Source of the DNA: Patescibacteria group bacterium
GTDB lineage: Bacteria > Patescibacteriota > Gracilibacteria > UM-FILTER-43-11
DNA: 35,721 bases
Assembly (NCBI GenBank): GCA_029260955.1
Contig: JAJDCF010000099.1
Location: 1-35,721 of the forward strand
Direction of reading: 5' to 3'
The position numbers and the translations under genes were made by a program. Numbering within the stretch: position 1 is the stretch's first letter; each line of letters begins with the position of its first letter. This document shows, in pieces, positions 7,438-15,253 of the stretch. Below the pieces are notes generated by a model. It was not told where the DNA came from and ran no database searches. It was given only the letters and a program-made list of their open reading frames with translations.

Positions 7438-10400
7438 ATGCCTAAAAAGAACAATAAAACATATCTAGCAACACTATTTGCAATTGTACTGATGATTAGT
7501 GGTGGCTTTTATGCTAACAACGCTTTAGGTGTAGTTGGCGAACTTGATGCGGATAGTGACGGTGTAATTGATTCATTGGATAACTGTCCGAATACACCCA
7601 ATGCAGACCAGGCAGATTCCAATTCAAACGGAATCGGTGACGCCTGTGAGGCCGGCCCTACCTGTACCGACAGCGATAGTGACACCTTTTCAACAGAGGG
7701 GGGTGCATGTGGAACGGTAGACTGTAATGACGGAAACGCTACCATTTACCCAGGGGCGGCTTTGGCATGCGTATTAAACGATGTTGACTACAACTGTGAT
7801 GGGGTAGTGGACTGTCCTGCCGGCCCTACCTGTACCGATGCAGACGGAGATACATATTCAGCAGAAGGTGGTGCATGTGGCACAGCAGACTGTAACGATG
7901 GAGATGCCACAATTTACCCAACAGCACCTCTTTTATGTACTCAGAGCGACGTAGATTACAACTGTGACGCAGTACTTGATTGCGTAACCGTGCTAATTTG
8001 TACAGATAACGACTTTGATTTTTATTCCTTAGAAGGAGGCGATTGTGGTCCAATTGACTGTAACGACACGAATGCTGCAATATTTCCGGGTACAGAAGAA
8101 ATATGTAACGGAGCTGACAACAACTGTGATGGTGTAATCGACTGTCAAGCTGGTGGTGCATGCACGGACAATGACTCTGATTTCTTTTCTGCAGAAGGTG
8201 GTGCATGTGGCCCAATAGATTGTAATGACAATGATGCGAATATATTCCCAGATGCCGAACAAGTTTGTAATGGATTAGACAATGACTGTGATGGAATACT
8301 GGATTGTGCAGTCGATCTAGGATGTACCGATGTTGATGGCGACAATTACTACAATGAAGGTGGAATTTGTGGTCAAATTGACTGTAATGACGCAGCCATA
8401 GGCATTTTCCCAGGAGCAAATCAAATATGTAATGGATTAGACAATGACTGTGATGGTGCAATCGACTGCCCTGGCTCAGTTGGTACTGGTGGTGGTGGTG
8501 GCTGCGGATGTGCAGGTAAAGTGGATGATTTAACACTTCAGTACAATGGGGCTTCATCCGCAACAATTACTGTTGTTATGAAGAAGGATGATATTGAAGT
8601 ATTTAATGGAGTAGTTGCATCCAACGGCCAATTTAGTTTTCAAGGTGCTGACAACAATGGAACATTCGGCTCCAAGATTTTCATATACGTTAATGGTGTA
8701 CTAAACGGTTCTTATCACACCAGCTGCTCCGAATCAATTGGCGCCGGAACAACTGCTGGCGATTTTACAGTTGTAACAGGTGGCAGTAGGAACTTGGAGC
8801 AGGGTCTTTGCCCATTTACAGGTCCTCAGCCAACGGATGATGACGATGATGATTATGACGATGACGGAATCAACAATTGTGATGATGACGATGATGATAA
8901 CGACGGAATTACCGATGATATTGATGATGATGATGACAACGACGGAATTACCGATGATATTGATATAGACGATGACAATGATGGAATCGAAGATGATGAA
9001 GAGGAAGAATGTGATCAAGATGATGGAGGCAATATATATGCCTTCCGTGGAGACAATCATGATGACTTCTGGATGTACGATGTTTCTGCTGACCAATGGA
9101 CCAGCAAACAGGATGCACCAAATAATGTAAAACATGGTGGATCACTTGTTAGTGTCGGTGGTGACATCTACGCCTTCCGTGGAGACAACAAAGATGACTT
9201 CTGGATGTACGATGTTTCTGCTGACCAATGGAGCTCAATGGAGGATGCACCTGAAAAAGTAAAAGACGGAGCGGCTCTTGTAGAAGTTAGCGGTGACCTC
9301 TATGCCTTCCGCGGGAACAACAAAGATGACTTCTGGATGTACGATGTTTCTGCTGACCAATGGAGCTCAATGGAGGATGCACCTGAGAAAGTAAATGCAG
9401 GGGGAGCCATGACTAATGTAAGCGGTGACATTTATGCCTTCCGTGGTTTCAACAAAGATGACTTCTGGATGTACGATGTTTCTGCTGACCAATGGAGCTC
9501 AATGGAGGATACTCCAGATAATGTGCAGCATGGTGGGTCTCTTGTTGGTGTTGGCGTGGATATATACGCCTTCAGAGGTGATAACCATAAAGACTTCTGG
9601 AAGTACACTGTTTCGTCAGATCAGTGGTCTGACATGGAGGATGCCCCCGAGAATGTAAAACATGGAGGCGCATTAGTGAATGCAGGTGGTGGTGAAGAAG
9701 TAGCAGGAGGAGAAGGAGATGATGGTGAAGAAGGAGATGGAGATGATGATTTTGACAATGATGGAATTAGTGATTGTGAGGATGACGATGATGACAACGA
9801 TGGCATTGCTGACGATGAGGATGACGATGATGACAATGATGGTGTTGATGACGATGAGGAATCAGCATGTCAAACTCATTCACATGACGATAATCATACT
9901 GATTCTGTCACTAATTCTGAAGGCGAAGAAGAAGAGCTAACCTCAGAAGAATTCGATGAAGAGGTTGAAGAAGAATTCGATGAAAATCCATTCTCTGACA
10001 CTGATTTAGATGAGTTAGAAGGCATGGCTGCAGCCGAGTTATATAACAGAGGGGCTATTACAGGAATTAACGGCAAATTTATGGGCAACAATAAAACAAC
10101 CCGTGCCGAAGCTATTAAAATGACCCTTGAAGTTCGATTTGATGAAATACCGACAGTCGATTATGTCGACGACTATTCTGACGTTCAAGATGGCCAATGG
10201 TATACAAACTATATTCTTGTAGCTTCACAACTAAATATAGTAGAAGGATATGATAATGGCACCTTCAGGCCAAATAACAACATAAACACAGCCGAATTCC
10301 TTAAGGTACTAAGCCTTACTTTTGACCTAGAAAGAGACTTGGATTACGACTACGAAGATGTAGATGAGGATGCATGGTACGCAACATATGCTGGAGTAGC

Positions 10401-10509
10401 AAACACATTTGGACTCTTCCCTGGTAGGGATGATGAACTCGATCCTGAAGATGATTTAACTCGAACTGAAATAGTGATTGCGGTTTATAACTACCTGGTT
10501 AACCGCTAG
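7438..10509 (+). CDS. mosaic S-layer-anchored adhesin C: signal peptide, TSP type-3-like repeat, 5 MopE-type Cys-rich repeats, HTSCS beta-sandwich, poly-Asp DNDGI arrays, 5 Kelch-like repeats, 3 SLH domains
   Basis: DADSDGVIDSLDNCPNTPNADQADSNSNGIGDAC is TSP3-like. CTDxDxDxxxxEGGxCGxxDCNDxxAxIxPGAxExCNGxDNDCDG occurs five times. IYAFRGDNxDDFWMYDVSADQW occurs five times. C-terminal FSD/YSDV/YEDV...GYDNGTFRPNNNINTAEF motifs are typical of SLH domains. Confidence 0.85.
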   Translation: MPKKNNKTYLATLFAIVLMISGGFYANNALGVVGELDADSDGVIDSLDNCPNTPNADQADSNSNGIGDACEAGPTCTDSDSDTFSTEGGACGTVDCNDGNATIYPGAALACVLNDVDYNCDGVVDCPAGPTCTDADGDTYSAEGGACGTADCNDGDATIYPTAPLLCTQSDVDYNCDAVLDCVTVLICTDNDFDFYSLEGGDCGPIDCNDTNAAIFPGTEEICNGADNNCDGVIDCQAGGACTDNDSDFFSAEGGACGPIDCNDNDANIFPDAEQVCNGLDNDCDGILDCAVDLGCTDVDGDNYYNEGGICGQIDCNDAAIGIFPGANQICNGLDNDCDGAIDCPGSVGTGGGGGCGCAGKVDDLTLQYNGASSATITVVMKKDDIEVFNGVVASNGQFSFQGADNNGTFGSKIFIYVNGVLNGSYHTSCSESIGAGTTAGDFTVVTGGSRNLEQGLCPFTGPQPTDDDDDDYDDDGINNCDDDDDDNDGITDDIDDDDDNDGITDDIDIDDDNDGIEDDEEEECDQDDGGNIYAFRGDNHDDFWMYDVSADQWTSKQDAPNNVKHGGSLVSVGGDIYAFRGDNKDDFWMYDVSADQWSSMEDAPEKVKDGAALVEVSGDLYAFRGNNKDDFWMYDVSADQWSSMEDAPEKVNAGGAMTNVSGDIYAFRGFNKDDFWMYDVSADQWSSMEDTPDNVQHGGSLVGVGVDIYAFRGDNHKDFWKYTVSSDQWSDMEDAPENVKHGGALVNAGGGEEVAGGEGDDGEEGDGDDDFDNDGISDCEDDDDDNDGIADDEDDDDDNDGVDDDEESACQTHSHDDNHTDSVTNSEGEEEELTSEEFDEEVEEEFDENPFSDTDLDELEGMAAAELYNRGAITGINGKFMGNNKTTRAEAIKMTLEVRFDEIPTVDYVDDYSDVQDGQWYTNYILVASQLNIVEGYDNGTFRPNNNINTAEFLKVLSLTFDLERDLDYDYEDVDEDAWYATYAGVANTFGLFPGRDDELDPEDDLTRTEIVIAVYNYLVNR
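7663..8470 (+). repeat. five tandem 54-56-aa Cys-rich putative metal-binding (MopE-type) repeats
   Basis: Repeat starts (CTD codons) at 7663, 7831, 7999, 8161 and 8323, giving periods of 168/168/162/162 nt. Confidence 0.7.
9031..9690 (+). repeat. five tandem 132-nt (44-aa) Kelch-like repeats, homogenised at nucleotide level
   Basis: GATGACTTCTGG recurs at 9061, 9193, 9325 and 9457. A 60-nt block (AACAAAGATGACTTCTGGATGTACGATGTTTCTGCTGACCAATGGAGCTCAATGGAGGAT) is identical at 9187, 9319 and 9451. Confidence 0.85.
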
Positions 10510-10524
10510 ACCAAATTAATCATT

Positions 10525-10556
10525 AAAAAACCCCAGTCATCAAATTGGGGTTTTTT
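10525..10556 (+). terminator. rho-independent terminator after protein C
   Basis: AAAAAACCCCAG-tcatcaaa-TTGGGGTTTTTT: a GC stem with a flanking A-run and T-run, 16 nt after the stop. Confidence 0.75.
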
Positions 10557-10625
10557 GTTATAAAATGAATCATTTAAGTCATCTTGTCTTAACACTAAAA
10601 CCTGCCATAACCACCCCCTTATCCC

Positions 10626-10665
10626 TTAACTTTTTGGCTAATTTATGCTAAAATATAGAGATTAA
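10626..10665 (+). promoter_or_regulatory. promoter of protein D: TTAACT-17-TGCTAAAAT extended -10
   Basis: TGCTAAAATATAGAGATTAA at 10646-10665 matches the 711-730 module at 17/20 positions. TTAACT at 10626-10631. Confidence 0.55.
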
Positions 10666-10683
10666 ATTAAATAGTTAATTCAC

Positions 10684-13614
10684 TTGGGAAACAGAATAAA
10701 GAGCATCATCGGAAAACTGCTAACTTTAGTGCTTCTTCTGAGCGTCAGCCAACCTGCTCACGCACGCCTTCTTTTTGTAGACGATGTATTCGTTAATGAC
10801 TCAGAAACCTATGAAATTGGTAGTAACGACGATGCAGCAACCACCCCACTTACACTGCAATTTGGTGGAACGAATGGCGAAACCCTCACATGGGATAATT
10901 CTAATTCGTGGTTTGATATAAGTGATGATTTCAGCCTTGAGCAAAATCAGCTTAAAAATGTAGCAATAGATAACCTAGCCTCTGCACCCCTTACACCTGT
11001 TGCTGGACAAATTTACCATGACACTGGAGATACAAACACCTACATTTATACAGGAGCCATTTGGGAGGATATAACGCCCATAGCCAGTAGCACAAATACT
11101 AAAGTAATTACTGTTGGAACGGGGCTCGACTATACAACCATTGCTGCAGGAGCCACTTATTTAAACACGCTTTCAGGAGGTATTATATTGCTTTCAGCCG
11201 AAACTCACGCAGTATCTGCCGCAGTAGACCTAACAAATATCTGGATGATAGGTAAAGATGCCACAAAAACGACTATTCAGATCTCCGGCTCCGGACAAAT
11301 GGACTCATTCGACACAAAGTTCACTGGCTTAACCATGGATATTAATGCCATCACAGATACTATGGCGATTGATGTGCAATCTGGTTCTAGCTCGCTTCAT
11401 TTTGCTCAAGTAGATTTCGATATATTAGACTCTGGCGACTCACTTATAGACAGTAATGCCGTTTCAGCACCTACTTCATCACTAACCTTCATTGGATGTA
11501 ATGAAACAGCGGGTTCGGGAACAATTCTAAAAACAATAGCCACAGGTAACCTAAACGCATCTTCTACAATTTTTATATCCAGCGCACGAGGTAATAATTT
11601 GCTCCTAATGGATGACTGGGGCGTAACCATTGAAGGAGCAGGTAACGTATATACAACAGGAACCATTACCACCGTTCCAGCTAACACCATATTTGTGTAT
11701 CCGGGTATGTACCTACAAGGTGCAGTAAATAGTTTGCCAAGTGGCGGATCTATAACAATTTTGCCGGGAACTCATAGTATTACAGCCCCAATAGTAATAA
11801 CCAACGACAACATAGAGATTGCCGGCTATGGAGACTCCTCAGTTATTTCGGCCAGCGGATTTACAGGTGGCGACACAGTAGCAGCTATACAAATTGGCGC
11901 TGCTGATGGAACAGCCCCTGTCAACGGAGTTGCCATTCGGGATCTCAAGGTAGAGGTAACAGGTACAGGAGGATCAGACATTCATGGAATCCGTGCTGCA
12001 GGTGGCTCAGACAACATACTAGATCACATAACGGTACAAAAAGTATCTGGTACATCTGGTACAGGAGCCACCGCAAGAATGGGTATTCAATTTATTGATG
12101 GAACAGCCACCCAATTAACAAGGCCTGTAATTACAAATAGTGTCATATTGGGTAATGGGGGTAGTAATTATTTTACTGATGGCATTCATTTAACTTCCGA
12201 TGGAACATTCACTGGAGTCTGGGGGAACGACCAGGGAGTACTAAACGCTCTTATAGAAGGAAATGTGGTGGACTACGTAAGGGAAACAACTTACGTATTT
12301 GTGGGGGTAGATGACAGCTCGCTTTTTAACAATCGGTCATCGCGTATGGGAGCAGGGGGCGGAACAGCCTATGGTGTTTTTATGGGCAACGCAACCAACG
12401 TTAACATGTCGGGCAATGTATTTGTAGGATCTCTTTCAACCACTTCGATCGCTGTAGGAATTGAGCCATTTAACCCAGGAGTATTGAAGGAAGTTACCGA
12501 CTCACTGTTTAATAACAATGTAATTGATGGAGAAGGAGCAAGTGGCCTTGGCTTTGCAGTTGGCTTTCAGATTGGTAATGCAACGAATGCTGGAGTTCAC
12601 CGTAATTCATTCCAAAACAACACAATTCGGGGCGCTTCTGTAGCTACGACAACTGCGATAACAGTACGTGGAAATGCTGACACAAACACATTTTCGAACA
12701 ACGATATTTATGGTGGTTCAAACGCTTGGGACACGGGTGTTCATCTGCAAGCCTCCACTCAAGATGGCAACTTGGTTCGTGGAAATCGATACACAAATGT
12801 CACCACATGGCTAACAGATGTGGGAACCGCAACTAAAAATGGAGTATCTCAGCATCGCGCAACCACCGACCCAACTATAAACGATGATATAGGCGATGGT
12901 TATGGCATTGGAACAATCTGGATTAATACATCCACCGATGAAAGCTTTATTATGGCAGCCAGTGGTTTGGGTGCAGCAGTCTGGAACCATATAGTTAATG
13001 ACGGTACTTACGGTACAATATTCACACTAGACGAAGATAATGCAGGCGCTGGAGTAAACCTAGATCTTGTGGCAAATCAGGGGTCTGGGAATGATGGCAC
13101 TATTCGCTACAATGCAGCAAATACCAGATGGGAAATAAGTAACAATGGCTCCGCGACATTCAATGCTATTCAAGGAGCAAATATATTCTTTGGCTACGAT
13201 GCAACAGGTGGTCAGACAATCAACGCAACAGAGATCACTATAAATATAGATACAACGGATTTCGCCGATGCCAACTATTCACTTGCCACAGACCAGGTAA
13301 CCATTAATGAAACGGGCGTTTACCAAATCACCCTAGATGTAGGTGCTGAAACCACTAATTTAGGAGGTAGTACAGTTGCAGGATGGATAATAAAATTACA
13401 AGAAAATGTTGGAGCTGGCTTTGTAGACATAGCAAACTCAGTTACCGGATGTATTGCGATAGAGCTATCTAATACCTATAGTTGTAATCTAACTATAGCA
13501 AGAAGCTTTGCAGCAACCGATATCATTCGCGTACGAGCAGATCGCGTTAATGGCACGACCAACTTCCGCACCTTGGCTGACAACACTCGGCTTATTATTG
13601 AAAAAATTCGATAA
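10684..13614 (+). CDS. secreted right-handed beta-helix (PbH1-type) surface protein D with fibre-like N-terminal module and jelly-roll-like C-terminal domain
   Basis: TTG start, with no ATG available. Signal peptide ...LLLSVSQPAHA|RLLFVDD. LQFG...NVAIDNLASAPLTPVAGQIYHDTGDTNTYIYTGAIWEDIT is shared with protein A. Repeated GN/NN-x-I beta-helix turns (ILGNGG, IEGNVV, MSGNVF, FNNNVIDG, FQNNTIRG, FSNNDIYG). Confidence 0.85.
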   Translation: MGNRIKSIIGKLLTLVLLLSVSQPAHARLLFVDDVFVNDSETYEIGSNDDAATTPLTLQFGGTNGETLTWDNSNSWFDISDDFSLEQNQLKNVAIDNLASAPLTPVAGQIYHDTGDTNTYIYTGAIWEDITPIASSTNTKVITVGTGLDYTTIAAGATYLNTLSGGIILLSAETHAVSAAVDLTNIWMIGKDATKTTIQISGSGQMDSFDTKFTGLTMDINAITDTMAIDVQSGSSSLHFAQVDFDILDSGDSLIDSNAVSAPTSSLTFIGCNETAGSGTILKTIATGNLNASSTIFISSARGNNLLLMDDWGVTIEGAGNVYTTGTITTVPANTIFVYPGMYLQGAVNSLPSGGSITILPGTHSITAPIVITNDNIEIAGYGDSSVISASGFTGGDTVAAIQIGAADGTAPVNGVAIRDLKVEVTGTGGSDIHGIRAAGGSDNILDHITVQKVSGTSGTGATARMGIQFIDGTATQLTRPVITNSVILGNGGSNYFTDGIHLTSDGTFTGVWGNDQGVLNALIEGNVVDYVRETTYVFVGVDDSSLFNNRSSRMGAGGGTAYGVFMGNATNVNMSGNVFVGSLSTTSIAVGIEPFNPGVLKEVTDSLFNNNVIDGEGASGLGFAVGFQIGNATNAGVHRNSFQNNTIRGASVATTTAITVRGNADTNTFSNNDIYGGSNAWDTGVHLQASTQDGNLVRGNRYTNVTTWLTDVGTATKNGVSQHRATTDPTINDDIGDGYGIGTIWINTSTDESFIMAASGLGAAVWNHIVNDGTYGTIFTLDEDNAGAGVNLDLVANQGSGNDGTIRYNAANTRWEISNNGSATFNAIQGANIFFGYDATGGQTINATEITINIDTTDFADANYSLATDQVTINETGVYQITLDVGAETTNLGGSTVAGWIIKLQENVGAGFVDIANSVTGCIAIELSNTYSCNLTIARSFAATDIIRVRADRVNGTTNFRTLADNTRLIIEKIR

Positions 13615-13618
13615 CGCG

Positions 13619-14119
13619 TTACCTGGTAATTTCGATAGTAGGAGCAGTTCCTGAGCCACCAGCCCCCTCCCCCTCTGCACCACAAGCCCGAACGGTAACT
13701 GCACCATTCGAGTCCATTTTTAGTCCATAGCTAGTCACAGCATCGGTTCCTGTTTTTGGGTCTAACGGCACTTTAGCCAAGTAATTTGACCCAAATTGAG
13801 ATAAATCAACACAGGCTGAATTTGTTGTAACACCCGTTCCACAGGCAATATCGCAATCAAATACACCATCTCCAGCCAAATACCACGTATCAGCAACCAT
13901 ACTGGAAACTTCATTGTGATGAGTGCCATCATTGTCCACCTGGTATTTTCGAATTGCATCTAAAATAGTTGAAACATCGCTTTGTCTGCGAGAATTACGG
14001 GTTTCGTTCAAGCGACGAGCAGGGTCAATCGCCACAAAAATAGCCCCAGCTAGAATAGCTATAATGGCAATAACAATGATTAGCTCCACAAGTGTAAAAC
14101 CGGATTTCCTGTTGTTCAT
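13619..14119 (-). CDS. type IV pilin-like protein (paralogue 3 of 3, operon-distal)
   Basis: MNNRKSG|FTLVELIIVIAIIAILAGAIF is a prepilin-type cleavage/methylation motif with Glu at +5. C-terminal ACGAEGEGAGGSGTAPTIEITR. Confidence 0.85.
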   Translation of the reverse strand: MNNRKSGFTLVELIIVIAIIAILAGAIFVAIDPARRLNETRNSRRQSDVSTILDAIRKYQVDNDGTHHNEVSSMVADTWYLAGDGVFDCDIACGTGVTTNSACVDLSQFGSNYLAKVPLDPKTGTDAVTSYGLKMDSNGAVTVRACGAEGEGAGGSGTAPTIEITR

Positions 14120-14148
14120 TTTATAAAATTTGGCAAAGCAATTGATCG

Positions 14149-14670
14149 CTACCTTGTAATTGAAATTGTAGGCGCTGACCCGGCACCACCTGGCCCTTCT
14201 CCTTCAGCATTACAGGCCTGAATGGTAATTGCACCATTACTATCCCTTTCAATCGCATAAGCAGTCTTTGCACTGGTTCCACCGTTAGGGTCTAAAGGAA
14301 CAACCGCTAAATAGTTAGTGCCAATATTAGATAAATCGACACACCCTGTCTGCGTCGTATTCAGGCCACAAGTAACACCACAGCCACTCGATGCCGTACC
14401 AAGCTGGTAATAAGTATCGGCCGCCATACTGACCACGGTAGCGTAGTGAACACCGGCATTATCTCCCTGGTACTTTTTGATGGCATCCAAAATAGTAGCA
14501 ACATCACTGTTACGACGAGCATTACGCGTTTCGTTCAAACGACGAGCAGGGTCAATAGCAACAAAAATAGCCCCAGCTAGAATAGCTATAATGGCAATAA
14601 CAATGATTAGCTCCACAAGTGTGAATCCTGCCTGCCGGTTTGCACGTTCTTTTTGTATTTTCTTTCTCAT
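14149..14670 (-). CDS. type IV pilin-like protein (paralogue 2 of 3)
   Basis: ...ANRQAG|FTLVELIIVIAIIAILAGAIF. The 5' ~110 nt of the mature coding region are nearly identical to the 13619-14119 gene. C-terminal ACNAEGEGPGGAGSAPTISITR. Confidence 0.85.
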   Translation of the reverse strand: MRKKIQKERANRQAGFTLVELIIVIAIIAILAGAIFVAIDPARRLNETRNARRNSDVATILDAIKKYQGDNAGVHYATVVSMAADTYYQLGTASSGCGVTCGLNTTQTGCVDLSNIGTNYLAVVPLDPNGGTSAKTAYAIERDSNGAITIQACNAEGEGPGGAGSAPTISITR

Positions 14671-14737
14671 TGCTTATGTTTTACGCCCAATTCGTGATAA
14701 TACTAACTTTTTTTTGCAAAAATATACAGACAAAAAT

Positions 14738-15253
14738 TTAACGAACCACCTTAATCTCGGGAGGTGTTCCACCTCCACCTGCGCCCTCACCCTCAGGTTG
14801 ACATGCGCCAACTGTAACTGCGCCATTCACATCTTTAATTATATAATAGTCAGTAAAATCACCATCTCCCGTCTTAGGATCAATAGGAATCTCATTTAGA
14901 TAATTCGAACCTATATCTCTTAAATCAACACAATCTGTACTGCCAGTAATTCCACTACCCACAAGATCGGCACAAGTCGTATCGCAAAAAATTACATCTC
15001 GATCAATCAAATGATAGTCATCCTCAATCGCATTTTCTACTTCGAGATAATGCTCTCCGTCGTTATCTACTTGATATTTGCGAATCGCATCTACGATAGT
15101 ACCCACATCTGATAAACGTCGCGCGTTACGTGTTTCGTGTAAGCGACGGGCAGGGTCGATGGCAACGAAAATAGCCCCAGCTAAAATAGCGATAATGGCG
15201 ATAACTATGATCAACTCCACAAGCGTGAAGCCACTAACTCCTTTTTCACTCAT
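14738..15253 (-). CDS. type IV pilin-like protein (paralogue 1 of 3)
   Basis: MSEKGVSG|FTLVELIIVIAIIAILAGAIF. C-terminal ACQPEGEGAGGGGTPPEIKVVR. The start overlaps the stop of the upstream PilM-like gene by 8 nt. Confidence 0.85.
   Translation of the reverse strand: MSEKGVSGFTLVELIIVIAIIAILAGAIFVAIDPARRLHETRNARRLSDVGTIVDAIRKYQVDNDGEHYLEVENAIEDDYHLIDRDVIFCDTTCADLVGSGITGSTDCVDLRDIGSNYLNEIPIDPKTGDGDFTDYYIIKDVNGAVTVGACQPEGEGAGGGGTPPEIKVVR

Noticed and set aside
7663-9690. Regularly spaced repeats that might suggest a CRISPR array
   Set aside because: The periods are 162-168 nt and 132 nt, the repeats sit inside one continuous ORF, and they encode Cys-rich and Kelch-like protein repeats. There is no short repeat-spacer structure and no cas genes anywhere in the window.
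10684-13614. Diversity-generating retroelement target (C-terminal variable domain of a surface protein)
   Set aside because: The window has no reverse transcriptase gene. I could find no template/variable repeat pair with adenine-specific differences. The idea cannot be supported from this sequence.
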